The notes beneath the pieces were generated by a model, which was not told where the DNA came from, made no database searches, and was given only the letters and a program-made list of their open reading frames with translations. The position numbers were made by a program, and so were the translations under genes. A stretch of 64,000 bases of DNA, taken from the IMG/VR virus record IMGVR_UViG_3300024496_000012. One strand, 5' to 3'. The stretch is from a virus. Positions 40,297 through 50,987 of this stretch are shown in pieces. Within the stretch, counting starts at the first letter, position 1. Each line of letters opens with the position of its first letter.

Positions 40297-41817
40297 TTAT
40301 TTAGGATCTAGGTAGAATCCCCAGAAGTTTGGTTGATATTCGCCTTCAAAGGCCTTGAGCCATTCTGTTCCAGTCCAGCGATATTTGATACCGGTTCTTA
40401 GATTCTGTATGATGATTGGAGGAGTAAAATCGTTAGGATCAAATACTTTAACCCAACGAGATCCATCCCATCTTATAACAGTATTTGCTTTAATCACTGG
40501 GTCACTGTCATTGGCATTTTTCCAACCATCCGGACCATCATATGAATCGAGACTAGAATCTGTATGTATAGTGCCTCTATTGGGATCAATAAACCCACCT
40601 ACATTTGCACTATTATTGACATCATCAAGCATGAGATATCTAAGTGTTGTAGGAATATTTTCAGGAGCCCCGTATACTTCTCTAGGATTAAACTTGTAGG
40701 GATCAATAATAGCATCTACTGTTCCTCTACCAGTTGGATCGATAACTCCGTCGTCGGTGATCAATGTGTTTGCAGGAATCGTATCTGGATCAAATGTGAC
40801 TACTATGACACTAGGATCTACAGGATTGATAGCAAATGGACCTACCATTGTATAACCGGTTGGTTGATCAAAATACATCAGACTACCAGGAGTATATCCT
40901 CCCTGCATTTCTAAGATACTGTTCCAATCGATAGGTGCTCCAGTCTTTAGCATACGTTGATCTAAGCCCATGCTCAGTATGGCTTGTGTCGGATCAGCGA
41001 TAGTGACATCATAGTCATAAGGCTGTCCGTTCTGTGATTTAAACAATAATACTCTATAGTTATTAGTAGTAGTTTGGAACTTGCCCTTGGCTCTATTATA
41101 GACCAGACCTTCTAGATTTACAACATCGCCGTTTTCGGTAAAGGCATTGTTTATGATTGCCTTGACGATGCCCAATCTCTTAACCTTTGCAGGAGGTGTT
41201 AGGTATATGGGCATATCAAAATCTAGACTACAGATGTCTATTTCTGTGTCTGCACCTTGTGGAATACTCCTAGAACTAAAAGATATGGCTCCTAGATTCA
41301 TGACCGTGATGCTGGTCCAATCGACATAGTTGTCTGTGGTTTGTATTTCGAGACTAGGATTAAACAACACTAATATTTGTTCTAGTAGTTGTAGTTTTTG
41401 ATCAGTATTGCTGGTCCATATGTCAGCTTTCATAGTCAACTTATATGGAGTTGGCATCAACCTTTCGATGGTATAGTTGCCGCCTTGTATATTTTTATAT
41501 TCAACTAGACCTGTTTCTGTGTCTTTGGTATAGGCTCGCTCACGTATGTTTACCTTGCTAACAAAAGTAGGGTCAGCTAATCGTTCCTTGTCTATTTCAA
41601 GCCCTGTGATGTAACAAGCGATTTTTGGAACTGTAGGCATTTTATTTTCGCTGTTTTCGCGGATTATGGAAGCTACCATGCGAGTAGGATCTCCATATGC
41701 CACTGGTACATATCGTTCTTCTGGAGTATCACCGCCAGCCTTATATTTGAAGCCCATGAATACTCTCATGAACTGTGTGATATAACGCCTTATCTGTCCG
41801 TCGTAGAAATAATCCAT
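40297..41817 (-). CDS. gp15: Tail sheath stabiliser/tail terminator (T4 gp15-like) with C-terminal extension
   Basis: MDYFYDGQIRRY...VPVAYG...P.PY.L...IW...Q..EQIL..FNP pattern. Confidence 0.6.
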   Translation of the reverse strand: MDYFYDGQIRRYITQFMRVFMGFKYKAGGDTPEERYVPVAYGDPTRMVASIIRENSENKMPTVPKIACYITGLEIDKERLADPTFVSKVNIRERAYTKDTETGLVEYKNIQGGNYTIERLMPTPYKLTMKADIWTSNTDQKLQLLEQILVLFNPSLEIQTTDNYVDWTSITVMNLGAISFSSRSIPQGADTEIDICSLDFDMPIYLTPPAKVKRLGIVKAIINNAFTENGDVVNLEGLVYNRAKGKFQTTTNNYRVLLFKSQNGQPYDYDVTIADPTQAILSMGLDQRMLKTGAPIDWNSILEMQGGYTPGSLMYFDQPTGYTMVGPFAINPVDPSVIVVTFDPDTIPANTLITDDGVIDPTGRGTVDAIIDPYKFNPREVYGAPENIPTTLRYLMLDDVNNSANVGGFIDPNRGTIHTDSSLDSYDGPDGWKNANDSDPVIKANTVIRWDGSRWVKVFDPNDFTPPIIIQNLRTGIKYRWTGTEWLKAFEGEYQPNFWGFYLDPK

Positions 41818-43082
41818 TACTCGTCCGCCTGTGGTCTAAGAGCTTTTGACAAGCTCTGTTTTTCTTTAGTAACATGACCGTTGATCGTATCAGTTTTTGT
41901 GTTGTTAATGAAGCTGGTTTTCTGTGTCTGACGATTGTCTTTGCCTTCGTATCTATCGCCAGTTCCTACATCAGTAGCACCAAGATTGTCCATGGTCATT
42001 CTTACATTATCTTCAATCTTGATCCAACGTGCTCCGTTGAATCTAAACAATCTATTAGGTAGATAATCTGTACGTAGAGCAAACTGCCCTTCTGTAGGAT
42101 TTATAGGAAACGCTATGCCAGCAGAGAATGGAGCACCATTCGCCGGAATACCGTCTTCAAGTAGATATCCTGAATAATCACTATGATCAGCACTCTTGAA
42201 TATAGTATCGGCAGTCACACTCATGTATACTGGCTCACCTGTTTCATCGTAGATGGTATTGCCATTAGTATCGGTAGATGGTATTAACAGCTCACTGGTG
42301 CTGTCAACTGTAACTAACGCTGCCTTCTTAGTATCCGGATCGATCTGTATGGTATAGAACTTACTGGTGTCAAATCCACTCTTAGGTACATCAGCATCTG
42401 CCTGATCCATGACAGCTTTAGTGATCTGCATTTCTTTTTCATAGGTGCTGACAATGTCTCGAAGTGTAGTATTTGTAGGGTTACCAAAAGAATCTGTTTG
42501 GATCTGATCCAAGATATCTTTGTATTCTTGGCTATCAACTAGAGGTTTACATTTAGCACGATATAAATGTGGATACCAAGTAGGACTAAATCCTTCTGCT
42601 GCTCGGTTTACATCTTCTACAACATAGAATCGTTTTAATGCAAACTGTAGATCGTTTAGAGCATATTCATCTTTAAGATGAGGCAGCTCAATAACATCAC
42701 CTGAGATAATCTTACGGCCAAGTTTTTCTACAGTATCATTGATATGGAATGTTATAAAAATAGTATCGTTTTGTAAGAAGAGTCCGAACTGACTTAGATT
42801 AAAGTCAATGTCTTGTAGATTATAAACTCCTCGTAGGACATAAACGTCTGGATCATATTTTCTATCTCTATTTTCCAACAACAGCATGTCCTGTATATTC
42901 GTAGGACTTAGGGAGTCATACGTAGGTGCTGCAGGACTGGCTCCAGCGCCGCTGGTTCCAGAACCTAGATATTTGTGTACGAGTACGTCAGTTCCGCCCA
43001 CCTGGAACATTTCCCAGATAGTTTTGTCAAAAAACTTATAATCGTTGCCCTTTTCTGGGCGGTAAAGTGAAAGTCTTGGCAT
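41817..43082 (-). CDS. Neck/head-completion protein (T4 gp14-like)
   Basis: Start reassigned to MPRLSLY (TAAATA 7 nt upstream). LSQFGLFL..D...GD.I.LP...F.VE.V; lies beside gp13- and gp15-like genes. Confidence 0.55.
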   Translation of the reverse strand: MPRLSLYRPEKGNDYKFFDKTIWEMFQVGGTDVLVHKYLGSGTSGAGASPAAPTYDSLSPTNIQDMLLLENRDRKYDPDVYVLRGVYNLQDIDFNLSQFGLFLQNDTIFITFHINDTVEKLGRKIISGDVIELPHLKDEYALNDLQFALKRFYVVEDVNRAAEGFSPTWYPHLYRAKCKPLVDSQEYKDILDQIQTDSFGNPTNTTLRDIVSTYEKEMQITKAVMDQADADVPKSGFDTSKFYTIQIDPDTKKAALVTVDSTSELLIPSTDTNGNTIYDETGEPVYMSVTADTIFKSADHSDYSGYLLEDGIPANGAPFSAGIAFPINPTEGQFALRTDYLPNRLFRFNGARWIKIEDNVRMTMDNLGATDVGTGDRYEGKDNRQTQKTSFINNTKTDTINGHVTKEKQSLSKALRPQADE

Positions 43083-43115
43083 AGTACTATATTTACCGCT
43101 ACGATAAATAACAGT

Positions 43116-43874
43116 ATGAGCCAAATCGATACCGCAAGACAATCAGTCTACAACTACTGCAAAACCATGCTAGGCGATGGTATGATAGATGTAGAACTAG
43201 ATCCTAAACATTATGAAACTGCCCTTGATAGGGCTATCGCTGTTTTTAGACAAAGGAGCGATAACGCCGTAGAAGAAAGTTATATTTTCTTAGATCTGCT
43301 GCCGGATACCAACGAGTACATCTTACCAAAAGAGGTACAACAGGTTCGCCAAGTGTTTCGTAGAAGCATCGGAAGCAGGACTGGCTCGGGCGTAGGTGGT
43401 ACTGTTTTTGAGCCCTTTAACCTAGCCTATACAAATACCTATTTGTTAAGCTCGACTAATATGGGCGGTTTGCTAACCTACGAGTTATTTGCGCAATATC
43501 AAGAACTCGTAGGTAAAATGTTTGGAGCATTTATCAACTTTACATGGCATCCTCAAAGTCGAAAGTTAGTAATCCAACAGCGTCCTAGGGCTGAGGAGCA
43601 GGTGTTATTATGGTGCTACAACACAAGACCAGACTGGGCAATCATTGACGATGTCTATGCTAGCCAATGGATCAAAGATTATAGCCTAGCTAACTGCAAG
43701 CTCATGCTAGGACAAGCACGTGAAAAGTTTGGGCAGATCGCTGGACCACAAGGCGGAACTCAGCTAAACGGTGCTGCTCTTAAAACAGAAGCTCAAGCTG
43801 AAATCGATAAACTCACTGACGATTTGATGAAATTGGTGCCCGGCGGTTCTGGTTATACCTGGATTATCGGTTGA
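43116..43874 (+). CDS. Neck protein (T4 gp13-like)
   Basis: LG...IDVEL...A......W.K.Y..A..K...GQ...KF...GG..LNG..L..EA..EI..L. Confidence 0.6.
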   Translation: MSQIDTARQSVYNYCKTMLGDGMIDVELDPKHYETALDRAIAVFRQRSDNAVEESYIFLDLLPDTNEYILPKEVQQVRQVFRRSIGSRTGSGVGGTVFEPFNLAYTNTYLLSSTNMGGLLTYELFAQYQELVGKMFGAFINFTWHPQSRKLVIQQRPRAEEQVLLWCYNTRPDWAIIDDVYASQWIKDYSLANCKLMLGQAREKFGQIAGPQGGTQLNGAALKTEAQAEIDKLTDDLMKLVPGGSGYTWIIG

Positions 43875-43899
43875 CCTTAGGCTAATACTTGTTTATAAT
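43871..43899 (+). promoter_or_regulatory. Sigma70-type (early) promoter
   Basis: TTGACC-N17-TATAAT, followed by GGAGA SD and ATG 43920. Confidence 0.75.
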
Positions 43900-43919
43900 A
43901 TTCTTTATTGGAGAATATT

Positions 43920-44609
43920 ATGATCATTGGTATTTGCGGTTTTATCGGTAGCGGCAAAGACACAGTCGCTGACTATCTGGTTAACTTTCACGAGTTCCGT
44001 AGAGAAAGTTTTGCTAACACACTAAAAGATGCTTGTGCAGCCGTTTTTGGATGGGATCGCACACTCTTAGAAGGGCGCACTAAAGAAGCCCGTGAATGGC
44101 GAGAACAGGTAGATCCTTGGTGGGCTGAACGCCTAGATATGCCTACACTTACTCCCCGTTGGGTCCTGCAATACTGGGGAACAGAAGTATGCCGCAAAGG
44201 ATTCCATGATGATATCTGGATCGCTAGTCTAGAAAACAAAATCCGTAACTCAAAAGATCACGTAGTTATTTCCGATTGTCGATTTCCTAATGAAATACAA
44301 AGCATACGCAACGCAGGTGGCAAGATTATCTGGGTACAGCGTGGAGCTCTTCCTGACTGGTATGAAACTGCCGTAGAAGCCAATAAAGGTAGTAATATCG
44401 CTATCAATGATCTAAAAATGCGTAAGATACATGCGTCAGAAACTGCTTGGGTTGGCACTGATTTTGATAGTATCATTGATAACAACGGATCGCTAGACGA
44501 TCTTTACACACAGGTTAGAACTCTAGTAATCAGCGACGAGATCCCCTTGACGCCAAGTAATACCGTCCTTACTGAGTACCTGCGCACAGTTGGCACAGAT
44601 TGTTTTTAA
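43920..44609 (+). CDS. Deoxynucleoside monophosphate kinase (T4 gp1-like)
   Basis: IIGICGFIGSGKDT P-loop, SFA..LKD, R.VLQYWGTE..R, VISDCRFPNE; start moved to 43920 using the SD. Confidence 0.85.
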   Translation: MIIGICGFIGSGKDTVADYLVNFHEFRRESFANTLKDACAAVFGWDRTLLEGRTKEAREWREQVDPWWAERLDMPTLTPRWVLQYWGTEVCRKGFHDDIWIASLENKIRNSKDHVVISDCRFPNEIQSIRNAGGKIIWVQRGALPDWYETAVEANKGSNIAINDLKMRKIHASETAWVGTDFDSIIDNNGSLDDLYTQVRTLVISDEIPLTPSNTVLTEYLRTVGTDCF

Positions 44610-44858
44610 GTTGCTAGGGCGACAGTTATTCAGGTCTCCGTCTATATGGAAAACTGAAAAGACCTCTTTGTGTGGACTACGGAATCCGCATTTATCGCAC
44701 TGTGATTTTTTACGATAACCAGCCCTATACCATCTAGGGATTCCGTGGTTGAGCCCGTTAGCCATGCAAACTTCGCATAGGCTTCTATAATATGTACGGC
44801 CGTCTCTATGATAGTTGACGGCTCGAGGTCGTTGTCCGCATTTACAAAGAGGTCTCAC
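44523..44858 (-). CDS. Zn-finger/HNH-like protein
   Basis: CxC, CxxC and CxxC motifs plus FHIDGDLNNCRPSNLKTICANC; GTG start 4 nt after TAAATA. Confidence 0.65.
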   Translation of the reverse strand: MRPLCKCGQRPRAVNYHRDGRTYYRSLCEVCMANGLNHGIPRWYRAGYRKKSQCDKCGFRSPHKEVFSVFHIDGDLNNCRPSNLKTICANCAQVLSKDGITWRQGDLVADY

Positions 44859-44961
44859 CCAATATTTAGCCCTTTATGACCCCTTTTTCTTTGGTTGTAA
44901 CCTAGTGTTTTTCCAATATCCTGGTAAATACATTGAGCAACTATTACCAGGAGAATAGGGA

Positions 44962-47900
44962 ATGGCATCACTTACATCACCAGGCGTAGCCGTAACGGTA
45001 ATCGACGAGAGTTTTTATACACCAGCTGAACCTGGTACGACTCCTTTGATTGTTGTGGCAACAGCCCAGAACAAGTTGAATGCTGCAGGAACAGCAACCG
45101 CAGCAGGAACATTACAAGCAAATGCAGGTAAAGCATTTAAGATCACTAGCCAGAAGGATTTGATTGATACCTTCGGCGTACCTTTCTTTGAAAAGACAGC
45201 TACAAATAATCCAATCCACGGTGGCGAACGCAACGAGTACGGTTTACTAGCAGCATACAGCTTGTTAGGCGTTACGAACTCAGTTTTTATCGTTCGTGCT
45301 AACATCGATCTAGACCAACTAGAACCCCAAACAACCGCCCCGGGAGCAGAAGCCAATAACGGTCAATGGTGGATGGACACCAAGGCAACAGCATGGGGTA
45401 TCCAAGAATGGAACGGCATGGCAGCTTCAACAAAAGGCGGCCAAACATTTACAGCACAAGTTCCTTTAGTACTAACTGACGATGACGCCAGCAAGATCGA
45501 TTCCGGAACAGGAGCACCTAAGGCATCTGTAGGAGTCGACGGCAACTATGCTGTAGTATTCCAGTCAGGCAGCGCCAGTGTTGAAATGGCAACTATCTGG
45601 TACAAGCGTCCAGTAAGCCACCCAGCAGGAAGTGCATGGGTATTGGTAGGCAGCGAAGATTGGACTGCTTCACATCCAACAGTATACTCAGGCGCCAAGA
45701 TTGACACCAGCATTGCAGCAGGTCAGACATTTAAGATCAACGGCAATACTATCACTTTATCAGGTGCTAATAGAACAGCACTGCTAACAAACCTAGCAAA
45801 TACTATCAATACTTTTAGTTCACAAGGCATTTCAGGTGCAGTAGTGAATGAAAAACTTTATCTTTACTTCTCCGGTAAGAATGAAGGCGACTCAAGTGTT
45901 AATGATGCTCTAAGCCTAGAAGACGGTACTGGTTCGTGGACAACTATCATGAAGATCAGCACAGGAGTACACTATGCTCCTAAGTTGGTACAAAGCCCAC
46001 ATACACAAGTTCCAGCATTTAAAGAAGATGATACAGCACCACGTCCAAGTGGTAGCGTATGGCTAAAGACCACAGAACCAAACAATGGTTCACGTTGGAG
46101 AATGAAGCGTTGGAGTACTGTAACTAAAGTATGGTCAGCTGTTGAAGCTTATCTATACGGCAGCACACACGAAGCTGACTATCAGCTCGATCGTGCAGGC
46201 GGTGGTAAGAATCTAACTGTCGATACACTATTCGTCCAGACAAACGCAGACGAGCTAACAGGTGCTAATCAAGCTCCAGGTACAGCAACTTTCCGTATCT
46301 GGCGCAGAGCTGTTAAGGGTGCTACTTCAGTAACATCGCCAGCTAAGACATCAGCATTTTCAGCAGGTGCAAAATCGATCACTATCAGCGAATCAGTGGT
46401 CGGTGCAATCGGTCTAAACTCTATGACTGTTACAACCGCAGCCCTAACAGGCAGCGTTGGTTCAATCAGCGCAGACCTAGAAAAGATTGCAAAGGCCATC
46501 AACGACGCTGCTTATAACGAACTTACAGACGTTGGTCTTAAGAATGTTAGTGCTACTGTTAACGAAGATAATAGTCTAACTATTACACACGCCGCAGGCG
46601 GCGAAATCCGTATTACAGATACTGACGGTGTAGTTGGTTCACTATTTGGATCTACATACAATCCTTATACCAAATCAGGACTGGCAAACTTCTATGCATC
46701 ACCAGAAGGTGTAGCAGTTAACGGTTATGATTATCTAATCTCGAACTGGAGACCATTAGCTAGCGAAGGATTTATTCCAAGCAGCTCAGCTCCAACTAAC
46801 GAGCCATCCGATGGTCAACTATGGTACAACCCAACTGTTAGCGAAGTTGATATCCTAATACACAACGGTGTTACATGGAAAGGATACAGGAACGTATATT
46901 CAGGCACTTGGTCAGGTGGCCCTATTGTAAGTGCATCTAAGCCTACAGAGAATCCAGATGGCGGCGCACTAGCTAACAACGATCTATGGATTGATACTTC
47001 AGATGTTGAAATGTATCCAAGAATATATCGTTACAAGAATGCAGGTCTATCATCAGCAACATGGGTGTTGATTGACAGTGCAGATCAAACAACAGAAGAA
47101 GGCATTCTATTTGCTGATGCACGTTACGGTGTATCAGGTGCAACTGGCAATATTGCAGGGGCTATTAAAGATCTTCTATCTTCAGACTATATCGACTTCG
47201 ACGCTCCAGATCCAGCACTATATCCAAAGGGTATGTTGCTATGGAACACACGTAGAAGCGGTGGCAATGTTAAGCAGTATCATAACAGTTATGTTGACAA
47301 AGATGCAGATAACACACGTTATCTAGGTCAGGCACAGTCATTGTATGCAACCGGCAGCAATGATGCTAAAGTATTTGATCGTTGGGTAACAGCAAGTCCA
47401 AATAACGAAGACGGTTCAGGTTCATTCCTACGTCATGCTCAACGCAAAGTGGTTGTCAGCGCACTCAAGAGTGTTGTAGACACAAGTGCTGAGATCCGTG
47501 ACGAAGAACGTCGTAACTTCAACATCATTGCTGCTCCAGGGTATCCTGAACTAATGAGCAACTTGGTTAACTTGAATATCGACCGAGGATTGACAGCATT
47601 CGTTATCGGTGATACTCCATTACGCTTGCCAGCAGATGCTACAAGTCTAACAACATGGGGTACTAACGCTAATCTAGTTACAGACAACGGCGATGATGGT
47701 ATCGTTACCTATGACAACTATCTATCAGTGTTCTATCCAAATGGATTTACCACAGACCTAGGTGGTTACAACGCAGTTGTTCCAGCATCACATATGATGC
47801 TAAAAACAATAACATTGAGCGACAATGTAAGCTATCCTTGGTTTGCACCAGCAGGCACACGCCGTGGTGGTATTACTAACGCAACAGCAGTTGGTTATAT

Positions 47901-48363
47901 CGATGCAGACACAGGTGAGTTCCAAACCGTTGCTCTTAACAACGGACAGCGTGATACACTTTATGATCTAAAGATCAATCCAATCGCATTCTTTAATGGT
48001 GTTGGACTTGTTAACTATGGTCAAAAGACACGCGATCCTAACGCAAGCGCATTAGATCGTATTAACGTAGCTCGTCTAGTTGTTTACCTACGTAGCCAAC
48101 TAAACAAACTTGCTCGTCCATACATTTTTGAACCTAATGACAAAATCACACGTGATGAGATTAAGCAGGCATGTGAAAGCCTATTGCTGGAGTTGGTAGG
48201 ACTAAGGGCACTATACGACTTCGCAGTTGTTTGTGATGAATCTAACAACACACCAAGCAGAATTGATCGTAATGAGCTATGGGTAGACATTGCTATTAGT
48301 CCTGTCAAGGCAGTAGAGTTCATTTACATCCCACTACGTGTTAAGAACACAGGAGAGATTTAA
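44962..48363 (+). CDS. gp18: Tail sheath protein with a large insertion
   Basis: SPGV.V..IDES N-terminus; WFAPAGTRRG, INPI..F...G...YGQKT, ALDRINVARL, FEPND, DESNNTP..IDRNEL..DIAI.PVKAVEFIY. TAAATA at 44925 and AGGAG SD. Confidence 0.92.
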   Translation: MASLTSPGVAVTVIDESFYTPAEPGTTPLIVVATAQNKLNAAGTATAAGTLQANAGKAFKITSQKDLIDTFGVPFFEKTATNNPIHGGERNEYGLLAAYSLLGVTNSVFIVRANIDLDQLEPQTTAPGAEANNGQWWMDTKATAWGIQEWNGMAASTKGGQTFTAQVPLVLTDDDASKIDSGTGAPKASVGVDGNYAVVFQSGSASVEMATIWYKRPVSHPAGSAWVLVGSEDWTASHPTVYSGAKIDTSIAAGQTFKINGNTITLSGANRTALLTNLANTINTFSSQGISGAVVNEKLYLYFSGKNEGDSSVNDALSLEDGTGSWTTIMKISTGVHYAPKLVQSPHTQVPAFKEDDTAPRPSGSVWLKTTEPNNGSRWRMKRWSTVTKVWSAVEAYLYGSTHEADYQLDRAGGGKNLTVDTLFVQTNADELTGANQAPGTATFRIWRRAVKGATSVTSPAKTSAFSAGAKSITISESVVGAIGLNSMTVTTAALTGSVGSISADLEKIAKAINDAAYNELTDVGLKNVSATVNEDNSLTITHAAGGEIRITDTDGVVGSLFGSTYNPYTKSGLANFYASPEGVAVNGYDYLISNWRPLASEGFIPSSSAPTNEPSDGQLWYNPTVSEVDILIHNGVTWKGYRNVYSGTWSGGPIVSASKPTENPDGGALANNDLWIDTSDVEMYPRIYRYKNAGLSSATWVLIDSADQTTEEGILFADARYGVSGATGNIAGAIKDLLSSDYIDFDAPDPALYPKGMLLWNTRRSGGNVKQYHNSYVDKDADNTRYLGQAQSLYATGSNDAKVFDRWVTASPNNEDGSGSFLRHAQRKVVVSALKSVVDTSAEIRDEERRNFNIIAAPGYPELMSNLVNLNIDRGLTAFVIGDTPLRLPADATSLTTWGTNANLVTDNGDDGIVTYDNYLSVFYPNGFTTDLGGYNAVVPASHMMLKTITLSDNVSYPWFAPAGTRRGGITNATAVGYIDADTGEFQTVALNNGQRDTLYDLKINPIAFFNGVGLVNYGQKTRDPNASALDRINVARLVVYLRSQLNKLARPYIFEPNDKITRDEIKQACESLLLELVGLRALYDFAVVCDESNNTPSRIDRNELWVDIAISPVKAVEFIYIPLRVKNTGEI

Positions 48364-48365
48364 AA

Positions 48366-49016
48366 ATGCCTATCACATCATTAAACAACTTAACAGTTCC
48401 AACTAATGGCTCAGTCAGCACTCAAGTGCTGCTGATGCCTAAACTAAAGTATCGCTTTAGAGTGACACTATTAGGATTTGGCGTTGCAGCAGCTACTGAA
48501 CTAACAAAGCAGGTAGCAGACGTAACTCGTCCTAAAGTAGCATTCGAAGAGATTCCGTTGGATGTCTACAACAGCAAGGTATACCTAGCTGGTAAGTACA
48601 CATTTGAAACTATCACGCTCACACTACGTGACGATGCTAGCGGTCAAGTGCAGGCACTAGTAGGACAACAGATACAGAAGCAATACGATTTCATGGAACA
48701 AGCTTCAGCACGTTCTGGTATCGATTACAAGTTTACTACACGTATCGAAGTACTAGACGGCGGAAACGGTGCTCTAACACCAAACGTTCTAGAAACTATC
48801 AACCTATATGGTTGCTTTGTACAGAACGCAGACTATGGTGATCTAAACTATGGTACCAACGAAGCAGCAACAGTAGCATTAACCATCCGCTTTGATAACA
48901 TGGAGCAATGGGCAGCTGGTCAAACTGCAACAAGTATCGTTGGTGGTATTGGTGCAGCAGTTGGCCGTCAGATCGCTACAGAAGCAACAACTGGAGCATT
49001 GGGCGCACAAGGTTAA
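48366..49016 (+). CDS. gp19: Tail tube protein
   Basis: Directly after the sheath gene; PKLKYRFRV...RP...YLAGK.T.E.ITLT.RDD...L.GC...YGDL.Y...LTIRFD. Confidence 0.8.
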   Translation: MPITSLNNLTVPTNGSVSTQVLLMPKLKYRFRVTLLGFGVAAATELTKQVADVTRPKVAFEEIPLDVYNSKVYLAGKYTFETITLTLRDDASGQVQALVGQQIQKQYDFMEQASARSGIDYKFTTRIEVLDGGNGALTPNVLETINLYGCFVQNADYGDLNYGTNEAATVALTIRFDNMEQWAAGQTATSIVGGIGAAVGRQIATEATTGALGAQG

Positions 49017-49035
49017 TAGTTATATTAACTCAGAA

Positions 49036-49062
49036 GAACCCGAGTTTATCTCGGGTTTTTTT
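49036..49062 (+). terminator. Intrinsic terminator
   Basis: GAACCCGAG-tttat-CTCGGGTTT followed by a T-run. Confidence 0.85.
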
Positions 49063-49079
49063 GTGGCATAAATATTAGT

Positions 49080-50168
49080 ATGGCAAACTTCTTCACTCGA
49101 TTTCTTAATGGCGTAGGTGCAGGACTTTTAACACCTAAAGGTATTAACAGTAACTGGCAGCATGCCACACGACTATTCATAGATGATACATTTAGACTCA
49201 GTCCAAGAACTAAGTTCTTATTCTATGCTAGATTTGAAGTTGATAAAACAGCTCTAAGAAGCCCTGCATTTACCAATCGACATGCTGACGAGTTTGGTTT
49301 ATTAATCAAAGGTGCAGACCTTCCTAAGTTTAGTTTTGACTCGATGGTCAAAAATCAATACAATAGAAAGAAGATAGTTTACAAAGCAATAAACTACGAG
49401 CCCGTTAATATAACTATGCACGATGACAATGCCGGTATCGTTAATGCTTTATGGGCCTTGTACTACGGATACTATATCGCTGATCGTACACAGCCAAATG
49501 CAGCGTGGACTGCAACGCATCTAAGACCAACAAAGACACCTAAAGATAATTTCCGTTATGGTCTTGATAATGAAATCAGCACTCCTTTCTTTAAAAGTAT
49601 TACTATCTATACTATGAGCCGTAGGAGATTCCAGAGTTACACATTAGTAAACCCACGTATTAAAACTTGGAATCACGGCAACGTTGATTACAGTGAAGGT
49701 GGCACACTAGAAAGCCAAATGACTGTAGAATATGAAGCAGTGCAATACGGTGGCGGCACCGTAAGATCTAACAGTCCCAAAGGTTTTGCTACATTACATT
49801 ATGATCTGTTACCAAGTCCTTTGAGTGTAGCCGGTGGCGGAGTTGCTACTCTTACAGGAGAAGGCGGCGTACTCGATGGCCTAGAACAAGTATTCGGTGA
49901 CTTATCTAACGGCACAACTTTTGATAGTTTTGGAGGATTCCTTGGTACAGCTATCAAAGGAATCAACACCTATAAAAATCTAAGAGGATTGACCAAAGAA
50001 GGACTGGCCGGTGAGGCTGTCAACATCTTAAGCAATCCAGGAAACATTGCTACAGCGGTATCTACAGTCGGAGGAGTCATAGGTGCTGTGTTTCCAAAGA
50101 ATACATCGACCACTACTAACACACAAGCAACGCAGCGATCTATCATCGCACCTCCAGATCAAGGATAA
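49080..50168 (+). CDS. Tube-like baseplate/tail-tube initiator protein
   Basis: LPKFSF...NQYNRK..V...I.Y.PV.ITMHDD tube-fold pattern; TAAATA-N5-ATG. Confidence 0.5.
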   Translation: MANFFTRFLNGVGAGLLTPKGINSNWQHATRLFIDDTFRLSPRTKFLFYARFEVDKTALRSPAFTNRHADEFGLLIKGADLPKFSFDSMVKNQYNRKKIVYKAINYEPVNITMHDDNAGIVNALWALYYGYYIADRTQPNAAWTATHLRPTKTPKDNFRYGLDNEISTPFFKSITIYTMSRRRFQSYTLVNPRIKTWNHGNVDYSEGGTLESQMTVEYEAVQYGGGTVRSNSPKGFATLHYDLLPSPLSVAGGGVATLTGEGGVLDGLEQVFGDLSNGTTFDSFGGFLGTAIKGINTYKNLRGLTKEGLAGEAVNILSNPGNIATAVSTVGGVIGAVFPKNTSTTTNTQATQRSIIAPPDQG

Positions 50169-50171
50169 TAA

Positions 50172-50540
50172 ATGGCAACTAACTTACCTATCAGTACCCC
50201 TTCTGACAGTTCAGCAGGCACACGCCTATTCTTTGATACATATGGTCAAGAACCTTTGCAGTTTAACGCTTCAGAAGTTGATGCCACAGTTTCTTTTTTT
50301 AAAGGCAAAGGATTTGATGACGACGCCGCAGCAGTAGTGTCATCGACATTGCTAAAGCAGGCAAAACTAGACGGGACACCTATCTTTAGTATCTTGGATA
50401 CATTAAAAGGGTTTAATGAACTAGACCTAAGTTCTCTTGTCGGAGAAGTCTTAAACAATAATAGAACCTCTACGTCAACTCTAGGATTCAGGACTACACC
50501 TGTAGTAAACACAACCCATACTAGGAATATCTTACCGTAA
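50172..50540 (+). CDS. Hypothetical protein
   Basis: 122-aa ORF translationally coupled to the next gene. Confidence 0.6.
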   Translation: MATNLPISTPSDSSAGTRLFFDTYGQEPLQFNASEVDATVSFFKGKGFDDDAAAVVSSTLLKQAKLDGTPIFSILDTLKGFNELDLSSLVGEVLNNNRTSTSTLGFRTTPVVNTTHTRNILP

Positions 50541-50980
50541 TGCCCAAGTTTGCCCAAGGTTTTTTTGAAATGAAAAATCCTAGCAAATATGTAGGATTAA
50601 AGAAGCCATTAGCTAGAAGTAGTTGGGAGTTTGTATTCATGCGTATGCTTGACGAACACCCAGGAGTCGAAAACTGGGCTAGCGAGAGCGTACAGATACC
50701 TTATAGAGATCCCCTGACAGGACGCCAAACAATATATGTTCCGGATTTCTTTATTGTGTATATAGATAAAAACAAAAAGAAACATGCCGAACTAGTTGAA
50801 GTAAAGCCAGCAAGTCAGACGTTAAGAGAAAAAGTAGGAAAGAGTGCTTATAATCAACAGCAGTATATTAAAAATCTAGCCAAATGGGAAGCTGCAAGTA
50901 AGTGGTGCAAGCAGCAGAATATAAGGTTTAGGGTCGTAAATGAGAATGAGATTTTCCATCAGGGCGGCAATCGTAGATAA
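50540..50980 (+). CDS. gp4: Head completion nuclease (T4 gp4-like, PD-(D/E)xK/TnsA-like)
   Basis: KYVG...RSSWE..FM..LD.HP.V..WASE...IPY...YVPDF...VEVKP. Confidence 0.8.
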   Translation: MPKFAQGFFEMKNPSKYVGLKKPLARSSWEFVFMRMLDEHPGVENWASESVQIPYRDPLTGRQTIYVPDFFIVYIDKNKKKHAELVEVKPASQTLREKVGKSAYNQQQYIKNLAKWEAASKWCKQQNIRFRVVNENEIFHQGGNRR

Positions 50981-50987
50981 GTAAAGT

